DNA from: Gemmatimonadota bacterium
Lineage (GTDB): Bacteria > Gemmatimonadota > Gemmatimonadetes > Palauibacterales > Palauibacteraceae
Direction: 5' to 3'
Length of the DNA stretch: 64,000 nucleotides
Assembly (NCBI GenBank): GCA_965116475.1
Contig: OZ220691.1
Location: 3,040,001-3,104,000, forward strand
The position numbers and the translations under genes were made by a program. The notes below the pieces were generated by a model. That model saw only the letters and a program-made list of their open reading frames with translations. It did not search any database and had not been told where the DNA came from. This document shows, one piece after another, positions 14,034-24,398 of this stretch; within the stretch, counting starts at the first letter, position 1, and each line of letters begins with the position of its first letter.

Positions 14034-14609
14034 ATGAGTTCGAAAAACGGAAAGCCGCGGCTGCGGAAACACTACGAGGACACGGTCCGGGGGAAGCTTG
14101 CCGATACCTTCGGCTTCGAGAACCCGCACCAGATCCCGAAGATCGAGAAGATCGTGATCAACGCCGGGCTCGGCGAAGGGAAGGACAATCCCCGACTGAT
14201 CGAGTCCGCCTCGAACGAGATTGCCGTGATCAGCGGCCAGCGGCCCGTCGTAACGCGGGCGCGAAACTCGATTTCGAATTTCGGTCTGCGCGAAGGCATG
14301 CCGGTCGGGACGATGGTGACGCTTCGCAATGCCCGCATGTACGAGTTCCTCGACCGGTTCATCAGTACGGCCGTGCCCCGTATCAGGGACTTCAGGGGGT
14401 TCCGGAGCCGGGCGTTCGATGGGCGCGGCAACTATACGGTGGGGATCCGGGAGCAGATGGTCTTCGCCGAAGTCGATTACGACGAGATCGTCAAGATTCA
14501 CGGTCTCAACATCACGTTCGTCACGACGACCAACCGGGACGATGAGGCGCTCGTCCTCCTTCGCGAGATGGGGATGCCGTTTCGCGATGAGGTCCCGGTC
14601 GTCATCTAG
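14034..14609 (+). CDS. rplE: 50S ribosomal protein uL5
   Basis: PKIEKIVIN, PRIRDFRG, FDGRGNY; ATG at 14034. Confidence 0.99.
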   Translation: MSSKNGKPRLRKHYEDTVRGKLADTFGFENPHQIPKIEKIVINAGLGEGKDNPRLIESASNEIAVISGQRPVVTRARNSISNFGLREGMPVGTMVTLRNARMYEFLDRFISTAVPRIRDFRGFRSRAFDGRGNYTVGIREQMVFAEVDYDEIVKIHGLNITFVTTTNRDDEALVLLREMGMPFRDEVPVVI

Positions 14610-14623
14610 CGGGAAAGGGCTGA

Positions 14624-14809
14624 ATGGCAAAGACGGCACTAGTCGAGAAGGCGAACCGTAAGCCGAAGTTCAGTTCGCGCACGGTGAGACGCTGCAATCG
14701 CTGCGGCCGGCCCCGCGCCTACATGAGGAAGTTCGGTCTGTGCCGGATCTGCTTCCGGGAGCAGGCGCTCCGCGGAGAGATCCCGGGCGTTCGGAAAGCG
14801 AGTTGGTGA
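14624..14809 (+). CDS. rpsN: 30S ribosomal protein uS14, Zn-binding short (type Z) form
   Basis: 61 aa, [23 protein letters not shown]. Confidence 0.98.
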   Translation: MAKTALVEKANRKPKFSSRTVRRCNRCGRPRAYMRKFGLCRICFREQALRGEIPGVRKASW

Positions 14810-14810
14810 G

Positions 14811-15209
14811 ATGAGCATGACCGATCCGATCGCGGACATGCTGACGCGCATCCGCAACGCCGGCCGGGCCGGACACCGGCGCGTCGACATCCCGCTCTCG
14901 AAGATCAAGATCGAGGTCGCCAGGATCCTGGCGGAGAACCACTTCGTTCGCGGCTACAAGGTGCTGGACGACAACCGGCACGGCCGCCTGCGCGTGTATC
15001 TCAAGTACACGTCGGACGACCGGCCCGTGATTCGGCTGCTCGAACGCGTGTCGAAGCCGGGCCTCAGGAAGTACGTCGACGCGAACTCGATTCCCAAGGT
15101 CCGGGCCGGCATGGGGATCGCGATCATGTCGACATCGAACGGCTTGATGACGGATCGCGACGCCCGCCGGCAGCACGTCGGCGGCGAGATCATCGCGAGA
15201 ATCTACTAG
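14811..15209 (+). CDS. rpsH: 30S ribosomal protein uS8
   Basis: DPIADMLTRIRNA, SKPGLRKY. Confidence 0.99.
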   Translation: MSMTDPIADMLTRIRNAGRAGHRRVDIPLSKIKIEVARILAENHFVRGYKVLDDNRHGRLRVYLKYTSDDRPVIRLLERVSKPGLRKYVDANSIPKVRAGMGIAIMSTSNGLMTDRDARRQHVGGEIIARIY

Positions 15210-15262
15210 CGGAGCTGCCGGGAGTCGGTGCCGGCGGTCGCCCCCTCGAGGGAGCAGATAGC

Positions 15263-15805
15263 GTGTCGAGAATCGGAAAGCTGCCCATCCCCGTCCCGGA
15301 CGGCGTCGAGGTGAGGATCGATGGGGTGCATGTGACGGTGAAGGGCCCTCGGGGTGCGCTCGAGCGGTCGTTCGACTCTGACATGGAGATCACGCAGTCC
15401 GAGGGCGTGGTGACCGTGAAGCGTGCCTCCGACGAGGCGCGGCACCGGGCCCTGCACGGGCTCACGCGGTCCCTGATCGCCAACATGGTCACGGGCGTGT
15501 CGCAGGGGTACGAGAAGCGTCTCGAGATCCACGGCGTCGGATACCGGGCGGAACAGAATGGCGGCAACGTCGTGTTCAGCGTCGGGTACAGCCATACGGT
15601 CACCGTCGAACCGCCCGAGGGCATCGCGTTGAGTGTCGAGTCGCCGACGCTGGTCAAGGTGGCGGGGAACGACAAGGAAAAAGTCGGGCAGATGGCGGCG
15701 GAGATCCGCGCGATCCGCCCGCCCGAACCCTACAAGGGGAAGGGCATCCGCTACGTGGGCGAGTATGTGCGCCGCAAGGCCGGCAAGGCGACGGCCACAG
15801 CCTGA
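15263..15805 (+). CDS. rplF: 50S ribosomal protein uL6
   Basis: SRIGKLPI, RPPEPYKGKGIRY; GTG start. Confidence 0.99.
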   Translation: MSRIGKLPIPVPDGVEVRIDGVHVTVKGPRGALERSFDSDMEITQSEGVVTVKRASDEARHRALHGLTRSLIANMVTGVSQGYEKRLEIHGVGYRAEQNGGNVVFSVGYSHTVTVEPPEGIALSVESPTLVKVAGNDKEKVGQMAAEIRAIRPPEPYKGKGIRYVGEYVRRKAGKATATA

Positions 15806-15831
15806 TCGGCGAACCGACAAGAGGGAAGACG

Positions 15832-16209
15832 ATGGACATCAGGGGTCGGACGAAACAGAGGCATCGGCTGCGCACGCGTCGGCACGTCCGGATCAAGAAG
15901 AAGATCCGGGGAACGGCCGGGCGGCCGCGCCTCGTCGTGTTCCGGAGCCTGCGGCATCTCGAAGGCCAGCTGGTGGACGACGACCGCGGCGTTACGCTGC
16001 TCGGTGTCTCGACCCTCGCTGGCGCGGACGGCGACGCGGGAGAGCGCTCCGGCAAGGTCGCCGACGCGTATCTTGCCGGCAAGACGCTCGCCGAGAAGGC
16101 GGTCGCGGCCGATGTGGGCAAGATCGTATTCGACCGCGGCGGGTATCCCTACCACGGCCGCGTGCGGGCGTTTGCCGAAGGCGCCCGCGACGGCGGTCTC
16201 CGCTTCTAA
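15832..16209 (+). CDS. rplR: 50S ribosomal protein uL18
   Basis: RPRLVVFRS, FDRGGYPYHGRV. Confidence 0.99.
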   Translation: MDIRGRTKQRHRLRTRRHVRIKKKIRGTAGRPRLVVFRSLRHLEGQLVDDDRGVTLLGVSTLAGADGDAGERSGKVADAYLAGKTLAEKAVAADVGKIVFDRGGYPYHGRVRAFAEGARDGGLRF

Positions 16210-16221
16210 CGAGAGGGCTTC

Positions 16222-16761
16222 ATGGCAAGAGGGCCAAGAGGGGCAAGAGGGGGAAAACGGCGCGACGACGGTGACAACTTCAAGGAGAATGTCATCTTCA
16301 TCAATCGCGTCTCGAAGGTCGTAAAGGGCGGCCGCCGCTTTTCGTTCACCGCGCTCGTGGCGGTCGGCGACGGGCAGGGGCGCGTCGGCATGGCCCTCGG
16401 CAAGGCGAACGAGGTCGCCGAGGCGATCCGCAAGGGGTTCGAGCAGGCGCGCCAGGCCATGGTCGTCGTGCCGATCGTGAACGGGACCATCCCTCACGAA
16501 ATCCTCGGACGCCACGGCGCGGGCAAGGTGCTGCTCAAGCCCGCCGGTCCGGGAACCGGCGTCATCGCCGGCGGCCCTGTCCGGGCGGTACTCGAGTGCG
16601 CCGGCGTGCAGGACATCCTCACGAAGAGTCTCGGCACGAACAATCCGCTCAACATCGTTCGTGCGACGATGAGCGGACTGCAGGACCTCGTCACGCCCGA
16701 GCAGGTCGCGGCTGAACGCGGGGTGGATGTCGCCACGATCCGGGAGGCCATGCGTGGGTGA
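16222..16761 (+). CDS. rpsE: 30S ribosomal protein uS5
   Basis: [23 protein letters not shown]. Confidence 0.99.
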   Translation: MARGPRGARGGKRRDDGDNFKENVIFINRVSKVVKGGRRFSFTALVAVGDGQGRVGMALGKANEVAEAIRKGFEQARQAMVVVPIVNGTIPHEILGRHGAGKVLLKPAGPGTGVIAGGPVRAVLECAGVQDILTKSLGTNNPLNIVRATMSGLQDLVTPEQVAAERGVDVATIREAMRG

Positions 16762-16948
16762 GCAGCTGAAGATTCGTCAGGTCAAGAGCGGTCTCGGAGC
16801 GCAGCGCAAGCAGCGCGACACCCTGCGCGCCCTCGGCCTCAGGCACCACCAGGACCAGGTGGTGCAGCCGGACAACCGCGCGATACGGGGAATGATCCAC
16901 GCGGTGGCGCATCTCGTCGAAGTCGAGGAGGTCGGACAAGATGGCTGA
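16754..16948 (+). CDS. rpmD: 50S ribosomal protein uL30
   Basis: [25 protein letters not shown] at 16754 after GGGAGG. Confidence 0.95.
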   Translation: MGEQLKIRQVKSGLGAQRKQRDTLRALGLRHHQDQVVQPDNRAIRGMIHAVAHLVEVEEVGQDG

Positions 16949-17399
16949 ACGCGAGCGGATCGGGCTCGACAACCTCTCCCCGCCCCGCGGTTCGAAGTCG
17001 CCCGCGAAACGTCGCGGCCGCGGCCACGGATCCGGTCTGGGCAAGACGTCGGGGCGCGGCCACAAGGGCCAGAAGTCGCGGAGCGGCGCGTCGATTCCGG
17101 CGTGGTTCGAGGGTGGCCAGATGCCCCTCTACCGGCGTACGCCCAAGCGCGGGTTCAAGCCGCACCGGCGAACCCAGTGGCACATCGTCAACCTCTCGGA
17201 CCTGGACCGCGTGGAAGGCAGCGGGATCGACCCCCGGGCGTTGCGGGCGAGCGGCGTCATCCGCGGCACGGATCGCCCCGTGAAGATCCTCGGGCGCGGA
17301 GACGTCGGACGGGCGGTCGACGTGCGCGCGCACGCTTTCAGTGCCTCCGCCCGCGAGAAGATCGAGGCGGCCGGCGGCACCGCCCAGGTGATCGAGTAA
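16941..17399 (+). CDS. rplO: 50S ribosomal protein uL15
   Basis: GRGHGSGLGKTSGRGHKGQ, FEGGQMPL. Confidence 0.99.
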   Translation: MAERERIGLDNLSPPRGSKSPAKRRGRGHGSGLGKTSGRGHKGQKSRSGASIPAWFEGGQMPLYRRTPKRGFKPHRRTQWHIVNLSDLDRVEGSGIDPRALRASGVIRGTDRPVKILGRGDVGRAVDVRAHAFSASAREKIEAAGGTAQVIE

Positions 17400-17402
17400 G
17401 GG

Positions 17403-18761
17403 ATGGCGAACGGCCAGAACGCGGCGGCTGCCGCGGCGAACATCTTCAAGGTGCCGGAGCTCAAGGCGAAGATCCTCTTCACCCTGCTCTGCCTCGCCCT
17501 GTATCGTCTCGGCTCTCACATCACGACGCCGGGGGTGAACGTCGTGGCTCTGCAGGCCCTCGCGGGCCAGTTCCAGGGCACGATCTTCGGCATCTACGAC
17601 CTCTTCGTGGGGGGCGGGCTGCAGCGGGCGACCGTCTTCGCTCTCGGCATCATGCCCTATATCTCGGCGAGCATTCTCTTCCAGCTCCTCGCCGCCGTCA
17701 TGCCGGCGATCGAGAAACTGCAGAAGGAAGGCGAGGAGGGCCGCCGCAAGCTCACGCAGTGGACGCGCTATACCACCGTGGTGCTGTGCATCGGGCAGTC
17801 CTACACGTACGCGCTCTTCCTCGAGGCTCAACCGGGCGCGGTTCTCGATCCCGGTCTCGGTTTTCGCCTTCTCACCGTGCTCATGCTCACGACCGGCGGC
17901 GTGTTCGTCATGTGGCTCGGCGAGCAGATCACCGAGCGCGGCGTCGGCAACGGCATGTCCCTGCTCATCTTCTTCTCGATCCTGCAGGGCTTCCCCGGAG
18001 CGGTGCTCAATACCTTCGAGCTCTACCAGGCCGGCGGCATCTCGATCATCAAGCTCGCCGCCCTCGCGGCGACGCTCGTGGCCATCATGGCGGCGGTCGT
18101 CGCCCTGACGATGGCACAGCGCAAGATTCCGGTGCAGATCCCGCGGAAGGTCGTGGGCAGGGGGCGAATCCGGGAAGGGCAACGGTCGTTCATCCCCCTG
18201 CGGATCAACTCCGCCGGCGTGATGCCGATCATCTTCGCCCAGTCGATCATCATCATCCCGGGGACCCTCGCCGCGTTCATGGGCAATCCCGGACCGGGCA
18301 GTTCCGGCGCGCGGCGGTTCATATACGAGATGAGCCAGGCGCTCCAGGTGGGGACGGTGTGGTACTACGTGCTGTACGTCGTTCTCATCGTCTACTTCAC
18401 CTACTTCTACACGTCCATCATCTTCAACCCGACGGATCTGGCGGAGAATCTGAAGCGCCAGGGCGGGTTCATTCCGGGCGTCAAGCCCGGCGCGAAGACG
18501 GCGGACTACATCGATCACGTGCTCACGCGGATCACGCTGCCCGGCGCGGTCTACCTCGCGCTGATCGCGGTGCTGCCCTACCTGATCTTCTCGATCTTCG
18601 ATCTTCAGACCTTCTTCTTCGGCGGCACTTCCCTGCTCATCGTGGTGGGCGTCGCGCTCGACACGATGCAGCAACTGCAGCAGCATCTCCTGCTGCGCCA
18701 GTACGAGGGATTCATGAAGAAGGGTCGCGTCAAGTATCGCGGCAGACAGCGCTACATGTGA
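17403..18761 (+). CDS. secY: preprotein translocase subunit SecY
   Basis: FALGIMPYISASI, GVGNGMSLLIF, IPGVKPG, FGGTSLLIVVGV. Confidence 0.99.
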   Translation: MANGQNAAAAAANIFKVPELKAKILFTLLCLALYRLGSHITTPGVNVVALQALAGQFQGTIFGIYDLFVGGGLQRATVFALGIMPYISASILFQLLAAVMPAIEKLQKEGEEGRRKLTQWTRYTTVVLCIGQSYTYALFLEAQPGAVLDPGLGFRLLTVLMLTTGGVFVMWLGEQITERGVGNGMSLLIFFSILQGFPGAVLNTFELYQAGGISIIKLAALAATLVAIMAAVVALTMAQRKIPVQIPRKVVGRGRIREGQRSFIPLRINSAGVMPIIFAQSIIIIPGTLAAFMGNPGPGSSGARRFIYEMSQALQVGTVWYYVLYVVLIVYFTYFYTSIIFNPTDLAENLKRQGGFIPGVKPGAKTADYIDHVLTRITLPGAVYLALIAVLPYLIFSIFDLQTFFFGGTSLLIVVGVALDTMQQLQQHLLLRQYEGFMKKGRVKYRGRQRYM

Positions 18762-19423
18762 TGGGCATGCGGCTGATCATCATGGGTCCTCCCGGCGCCG
18801 GGAAGGGCACACAGGGCGAATTCCTGGCCGAACGGTTCGGCGTTCCGCGCCTCTCGACCGGCGACATGATCCGCGCGGCGCTTAAGGCCGGAACTCCGCT
18901 CGGCGAGAGGGTTCGCGCCTACTACGAAGCGGGCGAACTCGTGCCGGATGACGTCGTCCTGGGACTCGTCGCCGAGGCGTTCGACGGTTCGGAGGCGGGC
19001 GGGGGGTTCGTGCTCGACGGGTTCCCGCGCACCGTGCCTCAGGCCGACGGGCTCGGCGAACTGCTGGCCGACCGGGACATTGAGCTGGACGCGGTGCTGT
19101 CGCTGGAGGCGCCGGAAGGAGAACTCGTCGACCGCATTTCCGGGCGGCGGGTATGCGGAGCGTGCGGCCTCGTGACCCACGTGCGTGCGGTGGGCGAGGG
19201 CGCCGCCTGTCCGGACTGCGGGGCCGCCCTCGTGCAACGCTCGGACGACCGCGCCGAGACCGTTCGCAACCGGCTCGCGGTCTACGGCGCTCAGACCGAG
19301 CCTTTGCTCGCCTACTACGCTCGATCCGAGACGGGATTGACCGCGGTGGACGGGACGGGAACGCTGGAGACCGTGCGGGACCGTCTCTTCCAGACGCTGC
19401 GCATGGCGGAGATGGCCGGTTGA
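18761..19423 (+). CDS. adk: adenylate kinase (long LID with Zn motif)
   Basis: GPPGAGKGTQ, LDGFPRT, CGAC..CPDC; start at 18761 or 18767. Confidence 0.97.
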   Translation: MGMRLIIMGPPGAGKGTQGEFLAERFGVPRLSTGDMIRAALKAGTPLGERVRAYYEAGELVPDDVVLGLVAEAFDGSEAGGGFVLDGFPRTVPQADGLGELLADRDIELDAVLSLEAPEGELVDRISGRRVCGACGLVTHVRAVGEGAACPDCGAALVQRSDDRAETVRNRLAVYGAQTEPLLAYYARSETGLTAVDGTGTLETVRDRLFQTLRMAEMAG

Positions 19424-20202
19424 TCCGGCTGAAGTCGTCTGCCCAGATCGAGGCCATCGCGGCCGCGGGGGCGATCGTGGCGGAGGTCCTCGAGATGGCG
19501 GCGGAGCAGGCCATCCCCGGGCGCAGCACCGGGGCACTGGACGAGATGGCGGAGGCGATGATCCGCGACCACCCGGGCGCGACCCCCGCCTTCAAGGGGC
19601 TGTACGGGTTTCCGGCCACGCTGTGCACGAGCATCAACGAAGAGGTCGTACATGGCATCCCGTCGGTCCGGCGTGAATTGAAGTCGGGCGACATCGTGAG
19701 CGTCGACGTCGGCGTCAAGCTCGATGGTCTGTTCGCGGATGCGGCCGTGACGATCCCCGTGGGCGAGGTGACCCCGGCGACGACGCGTCTCCTGGGCGTG
19801 ACGCGAACGGCACTGGACGTAGGTGTCGAGGCGGCGCGCCCCGGGGCTCAGCTCGGCGACCTGGGCTGGGCGATACAGACGCATGTTGAAGCCGAGGGCT
19901 TCAGCGTGATTCGCGAGCTTGTGGGACATGGCGTGGGGGAGGCGCCTCACGAGGAGCCGCAGGTTCCGAACTATGGCGTGCGCAACCGCGGGTTCCGGAT
20001 GCAGGCGGGGCTCGTCATCGCCATCGAGCCGATGGTCAACGCGGGTGGACCGGAGATCCGGACGCTCGACGATGAATGGACGGTGGTGACGGGGGACGGA
20101 CGCCTCTCCGCGCATTACGAGCATACCGTCGCGGTGACGTCGGAGGGCCCGCGTGTGTTGACGCGCGTCGCGACTCCGGCGCGAGCAGCAGGGGAGGCCT
20201 GA
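19420..20202 (+). CDS. map: methionine aminopeptidase type I
   Basis: [33 protein letters not shown] start overlapping the adk stop. Confidence 0.97.
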   Translation: MIRLKSSAQIEAIAAAGAIVAEVLEMAAEQAIPGRSTGALDEMAEAMIRDHPGATPAFKGLYGFPATLCTSINEEVVHGIPSVRRELKSGDIVSVDVGVKLDGLFADAAVTIPVGEVTPATTRLLGVTRTALDVGVEAARPGAQLGDLGWAIQTHVEAEGFSVIRELVGHGVGEAPHEEPQVPNYGVRNRGFRMQAGLVIAIEPMVNAGGPEIRTLDDEWTVVTGDGRLSAHYEHTVAVTSEGPRVLTRVATPARAAGEA

Positions 20203-20203
20203 G

Positions 20204-20422
20204 TTGGCGAAGGAAGAACCGATCCAGATGACGGGGGAGGTCGCCGAGGCGCTTCCCAACGCGATGTTTCGCGTGGAATTGGAGAACGGGCATCAGATCG
20301 TCTGCCACGTCTCCGGCAAGATTCGAATGAACTACATACGGATCCTGCCGGGAGACCGGGTCGCGGTCGAGTTGTCGCCCTACGACCTGACGAGGGGACG
20401 GATCACGTACCGCTACAAGTGA
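20204..20422 (+). CDS. infA: translation initiation factor IF-1
   Basis: [32 protein letters not shown]. Confidence 0.99.
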   Translation: MAKEEPIQMTGEVAEALPNAMFRVELENGHQIVCHVSGKIRMNYIRILPGDRVAVELSPYDLTRGRITYRYK

Positions 20423-20428
20423 TGGAGT

Positions 20429-20457
20429 TTGTTCGGATCGGTTCGGGCTGGTATTTT
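20429..20457 (+). promoter_or_regulatory. putative internal promoter upstream of rpmJ-rpsM
   Basis: TTGTTC, 17-nt spacer, TATTTT with extended -10 TG, in an AT-enriched intergenic gap. Confidence 0.45.
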
Positions 20458-20495
20458 AAGAGGCTGCCATCGAACCGCCACCAGAGGACGGGAGC

Positions 20496-20612
20496 ATGAA
20501 GGTTCGTTCGAGTGTCAGGCGCATTTGCGAGCATTGCAAGATCATCCGCCGGCGCGGTGTCGTGCGGGTGATCTGCAGTCGAGATCCCAAGCACAAGCAG
20601 CGGCAGGGATAG
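20496..20612 (+). CDS. rpmJ: 50S ribosomal protein bL36 (absent from ORF track)
   Basis: Translated by hand: [38 protein letters not shown]. Confidence 0.98.
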   Translation: MKVRSSVRRICEHCKIIRRRGVVRVICSRDPKHKQRQG

Positions 20613-20622
20613 GCAGGAATAC

Positions 20623-21003
20623 ATGGCACGTATAGCCGGAGTCGATCTCCCGCGGAACAAGCGGATCGAGGTGGGCCTCACGTACATCTACGGAATCGGC
20701 CACTCGACGGCGCGCAACATCCTGGCCGAGACGGGCGTGGATGGGGACGTTCGCGTCTACCAGCTGTCCGACGACGATGTCAACAAGCTGCGTCGGGTCA
20801 TCGAGAACCACTACAAGGTCGAGGGTTCGCTGCGTACCGAAAACTCGATGAACGTGAAGCGTCTGATGGACATCGGATGCTATCGCGGGATGCGGCACAG
20901 GCGGAATCTGCCCGTGCGCGGCCAGCGCACGCACACGAATGCCCGGACCCGGAAGGGGCCGCGGCGCGCCGTGGCCGGTAAGAAGAAGGCACCCCGGAAG
21001 TAG
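20623..21003 (+). CDS. rpsM: 30S ribosomal protein uS13
   Basis: [24 protein letters not shown]. Confidence 0.99.
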   Translation: MARIAGVDLPRNKRIEVGLTYIYGIGHSTARNILAETGVDGDVRVYQLSDDDVNKLRRVIENHYKVEGSLRTENSMNVKRLMDIGCYRGMRHRRNLPVRGQRTHTNARTRKGPRRAVAGKKKAPRK

Positions 21004-21045
21004 AGCCGGGAACCAGGGTCGGTCCGAACGGAGGACGCGCAGGGA

Positions 21046-21426
21046 ATGGTAAAGCGGGTAAGAAAAAAGAAGCGCCAGGTCGATGCCGAGGGCGTCGCCC
21101 ACATCAAGGCGACCTTCAACAATACGATCATCACGATCACGACTCTCACGGGGGACACCGTCGCCTGGGCCAGCGCCGGAAAGGCGGGTTTCAAGGGCTC
21201 CAAGAAGTCCACGCCCTTCGCCGCCACCATCGCGGCCGAGACGGTGGGACGAGAGGCCGCCGGCATGGGGATGCGGCGAGTCCACGTGGAGGTGCAGGGC
21301 CCCGGGTCGGGGCGTGAGTCCGCGATTCAGGCGCTGCAGGCGGCCGGTCTCGCGATCCGTTCGATCAAGGACGTGACGCCGATTCCGCACAACGGATGCC
21401 GTCCGCCGAAGAAGCGGAGGGTGTAG
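21046..21426 (+). CDS. rpsK: 30S ribosomal protein uS11
   Basis: [30 protein letters not shown]. Confidence 0.99.
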   Translation: MVKRVRKKKRQVDAEGVAHIKATFNNTIITITTLTGDTVAWASAGKAGFKGSKKSTPFAATIAAETVGREAAGMGMRRVHVEVQGPGSGRESAIQALQAAGLAIRSIKDVTPIPHNGCRPPKKRRV

Positions 21427-22059
21427 ATGGCTCGCTATACGGGGCCCGTTTGCCGGCTGTGCCGGCGCGAGGGAGAGAAGCTCTTTCTCAAGGGAAAGCG
21501 CTGCTTCACGGAGAAGTGCGCGATCGAGCGCCGTGCGTTTCCCCCCGGTCAGCACGGGGGTGGCCGCCGTCGCCGGCGCCAGTCGGAATACGCCGTGCAG
21601 CTGCGGGAGAAGCAGAAGGTGAAGCGGATCTACGGACTCGCGGAAAAGCAGTTCCGCTCTCTCTTCACGAAGGCTTCGCGCGTCCCGGGCGTCACGGGCG
21701 AGAATCTGCTCGTCGCGCTCGAGAGCCGACTCGACAACATCGTCTATCGTCTCGGCTTCGCGCCATCTCGCAAGGCGGCGCGTCAGCTCATCCGGCACCG
21801 CCACGTGCGGGTCGAAGGGGCGACGGTCGACGTGCCGAGCTATTCCGTGGGACCCGGTGCGGAAGTGTCCATGGCGCCGAAAGCGCGAAAGCTGCCGGTG
21901 GTGATCGAGGCGATCGAGGATCGCCGGTCGCGCGACCAGTTGTCGTGGCTGGGCGTCGACTACGACGAGGCGAGCGGGCGCATGCTCGAGCGTCCGTCCC
22001 GGTCCGATATTCCGCTCGCCGTGGAAGAACAGTTGATCGTCGAACTCTACAGCAAGTAG
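21427..22059 (+). CDS. rpsD: 30S ribosomal protein uS4
   Basis: MARYTGPVCRLCRREG, LESRLDNIVYR, LIVELYSK. Confidence 0.99.
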   Translation: MARYTGPVCRLCRREGEKLFLKGKRCFTEKCAIERRAFPPGQHGGGRRRRRQSEYAVQLREKQKVKRIYGLAEKQFRSLFTKASRVPGVTGENLLVALESRLDNIVYRLGFAPSRKAARQLIRHRHVRVEGATVDVPSYSVGPGAEVSMAPKARKLPVVIEAIEDRRSRDQLSWLGVDYDEASGRMLERPSRSDIPLAVEEQLIVELYSK

Positions 22060-22122
22060 GCCTGCGAGGCCGGGGGCCGCATTCGGCCCGCGGAAGTCGC
22101 TGAACAAAAAACATGGAGTGAA

Positions 22123-23232
22123 GTGCATATGACGGTGTCGGTAGATCTGGCCGGTCTCGTGCTTCCGGAAGCGATGGAGGAACAGAAGCGATCCCCCAAC
22201 GGGGCGCGCGCATCGTTCCTGCTCCAGCCGCTGGAGCGCGGGTTCGGGCACACGATCGGCAACTCGATCCGGCGGATCATGTTGTCCTCGCTTCCCGGGG
22301 CGGCGGTTTGGGCCTTCCGGGCCGACGGCGTTCAGCATGAACACCAGACGGTGGATGGCGTCGCCGAGGATGTCCATCAGATCATTCAGAATCTGAAGCG
22401 TCTGGTTCTCGTGATGGACGAGGACAAAGAGGATGCGAAGCTCTCGCTGACGGCGCACAAGGCCGGCCCGGTGACGGCGAAGCAGATCGGGGAGCATGCG
22501 TCGGTCCAGGTGGTGAACCCGGACCTCGTGCTCTTCACGCTGCAGGAGGATCTGCCCAAGAAACGTCCTCTCGCCTTCGACCTGTGGGTGAATCGCGGCC
22601 GCGGCTTCGTCATGGCGGAGCACCACACGCCGCCCGAGGAGACCGAAACGAAGCATGACTTTCCGGTTGGTACGATCCGGATCGACGCCGTCTACAACCC
22701 CGTGACCCGCGCGAATTTCAATGTCAGGGAGACCCGCGTCGGCCAGCGCACGGACTTCGACCGGCTCGAGGTGGACGTCGAGACGAACGGAGCCCTGAAT
22801 CCGGCGGACGCGGTTTCGCAGGCGGCGGAGATCGTCCGGCTGCACCTGTCGTATTTCAGCCACATGGGGACCGTGCCCACGCTGCCGGAGGACCTCGAGC
22901 CGGTCGAGGAGAAGCGGGAACGGGAACCCGTCGATGCGGCGCTCGTCGAGTTGCTCGAGAGCTCGCTCGAGGAGTTCAGTGAAGTCTCGGCCCGTTCACG
23001 GAATACGCTCGAAAAGCAGAACATCACGACGCTGGGCGATGTCGTCACGCGGTCGCGCGACGACATCCTGCGGCTGGAGAATTTCGGCGAGAAGTCGCTC
23101 GAGGAGCTGGCGGAGGTCCTCGGCGCGCACGGACTCCGGTTCGGTATGTCGTTCCTGCGGGATGAAGACGGGAACCTCTACCTGAAGGACGATCTGGCGG
23201 GAAACGGAGCTCAGGGCGACGATGAGGCATAG
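22123..23232 (+). CDS. rpoA: RNA polymerase alpha subunit
   Basis: [35 protein letters not shown]; start may be the ATG at 22129. Confidence 0.98.
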   Translation: MHMTVSVDLAGLVLPEAMEEQKRSPNGARASFLLQPLERGFGHTIGNSIRRIMLSSLPGAAVWAFRADGVQHEHQTVDGVAEDVHQIIQNLKRLVLVMDEDKEDAKLSLTAHKAGPVTAKQIGEHASVQVVNPDLVLFTLQEDLPKKRPLAFDLWVNRGRGFVMAEHHTPPEETETKHDFPVGTIRIDAVYNPVTRANFNVRETRVGQRTDFDRLEVDVETNGALNPADAVSQAAEIVRLHLSYFSHMGTVPTLPEDLEPVEEKREREPVDAALVELLESSLEEFSEVSARSRNTLEKQNITTLGDVVTRSRDDILRLENFGEKSLEELAEVLGAHGLRFGMSFLRDEDGNLYLKDDLAGNGAQGDDEA

Positions 23233-23584
23233 AAAGAAGGGGCGGGAACTCAGTCGGACGCGCAGCCATCGGAAGGCGATGCTGCGAAACATGGCGACGA
23301 GTCTCATCCTGCACGAGCGGATCCGTACGACCGAGGCGAAGGCGAAGGAGTTGCGGCCGTTCGCCGAAAAGCTCATCACTTTGGCGAAGAGGGGCGATCT
23401 GCATAGCAGGCAACTGGCCGGCCGACAGATCGCGGACCGCGCTGCACTGCGGAAGCTCTTCGAGAAGATCGGCCCGCGTTTCGAACATCGACCGGGCGGA
23501 TACACGAGGATACTGAAGTTGGGCGCGCGGAAGGGTGACGGAGCGGAGTTGGCGCTCATCGAATTCACCGATCGCGAGGCGTGA
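23222..23584 (+). CDS. rplQ: 50S ribosomal protein bL17
   Basis: [28 protein letters not shown]. Confidence 0.99.
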   Translation: MRHRKKGRELSRTRSHRKAMLRNMATSLILHERIRTTEAKAKELRPFAEKLITLAKRGDLHSRQLAGRQIADRAALRKLFEKIGPRFEHRPGGYTRILKLGARKGDGAELALIEFTDREA

Positions 23585-23602
23585 GGAACCGGGAGAAGAG
23601 AC

Positions 23603-24106
23603 ATGTCCAACAAGGGTGAAGGTGGGCTCGGCGTCATTCTCAGCATCGTCGCGCTGGCGGCTATCGGAGGGTTCATGTACTGGCTGAACCTTCAGTCACG
23701 CGACATCGAGGAAGCGCGCGCCGAAGCTAAAAAGGCCGCGGTCGAGGCGGCCCGCGATCTGGACGCGTCCGACCTCCTGGCCGATCCGCAGGCAGCCGTC
23801 AACCGCCGCGTGGTGATTGAAGGGATCCGGGTGGCGACCGGTCTCGGGGAGGGCGCGCTCGCTCTTGAGCTTGCGCCGGGCATCGCCTATCCCGTGCTGC
23901 TGGCGCCCGACCCGATCCAGATCCTCAGGATGTCCGACGTGACGATCTACGGCGGCGACAGCGTGGCCGTCTCGGGGCAGGTTTACACATTCAACGATTC
24001 GATCGCCGGCGTCTGGGTCGAATCCGGAGCGGTTCAGGAGGGCATGGGTGAGCTCATTCCGTCGTCCCCGACCTTCCTGCTCGCCGACTCCGTGCACGTG
24101 CACTGA
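23603..24106 (+). CDS. hypothetical protein with N-terminal membrane anchor
   Basis: Fills the rplQ-rpmB gap; RBS GGGAGA; hydrophobic LGVILSIVALAAIGGFMYWL. Confidence 0.8.
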   Translation: MSNKGEGGLGVILSIVALAAIGGFMYWLNLQSRDIEEARAEAKKAAVEAARDLDASDLLADPQAAVNRRVVIEGIRVATGLGEGALALELAPGIAYPVLLAPDPIQILRMSDVTIYGGDSVAVSGQVYTFNDSIAGVWVESGAVQEGMGELIPSSPTFLLADSVHVH

Positions 24107-24124
24107 GCGGATACTGAGCGGATC

Positions 24125-24316
24125 ATGGCGAATTTCTGTTACGTCTGCGGCAAGGGACCCGGCGTCGGGAACCACGTCAGCAACGCGAACAACAAGCGCA
24201 AGCGGCGCTTCATGCCGAACCTCCAGCGGGTGAAGATCGTGGAGGATTCGGGTCGTCGCCGTGTACGCGTCTGCACACGGTGCATCAAGGCGGGAAAAGT
24301 CGTCAAGGCGTCCTGA
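24125..24316 (+). CDS. rpmB: 50S ribosomal protein bL28
   Basis: [35 protein letters not shown]. Confidence 0.97.
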   Translation: MANFCYVCGKGPGVGNHVSNANNKRKRRFMPNLQRVKIVEDSGRRRVRVCTRCIKAGKVVKAS

Positions 24317-24398
24317 CGACGCGTCTCGGCGACGTTTCGACTCACCGGCGACCGGTTGCGGGGGCTCACGTGACCGGTCGTCTCGCATCGGCGGCCCG

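Noticed and set aside
16224..16256. Imperfect 9-nt repeat at the rpsE 5' end
   Set aside because: It only encodes a low-complexity ARG-PRG-ARG tail, which is common in uS5.
17102..19423. 773-aa ORF suggesting an Adk fusion (and similar long extensions on tuf, map, GT2 and the Tat SDR)
   Set aside because: The extensions run out of frame through upstream genes. The true starts were identified from motifs and RBSs.
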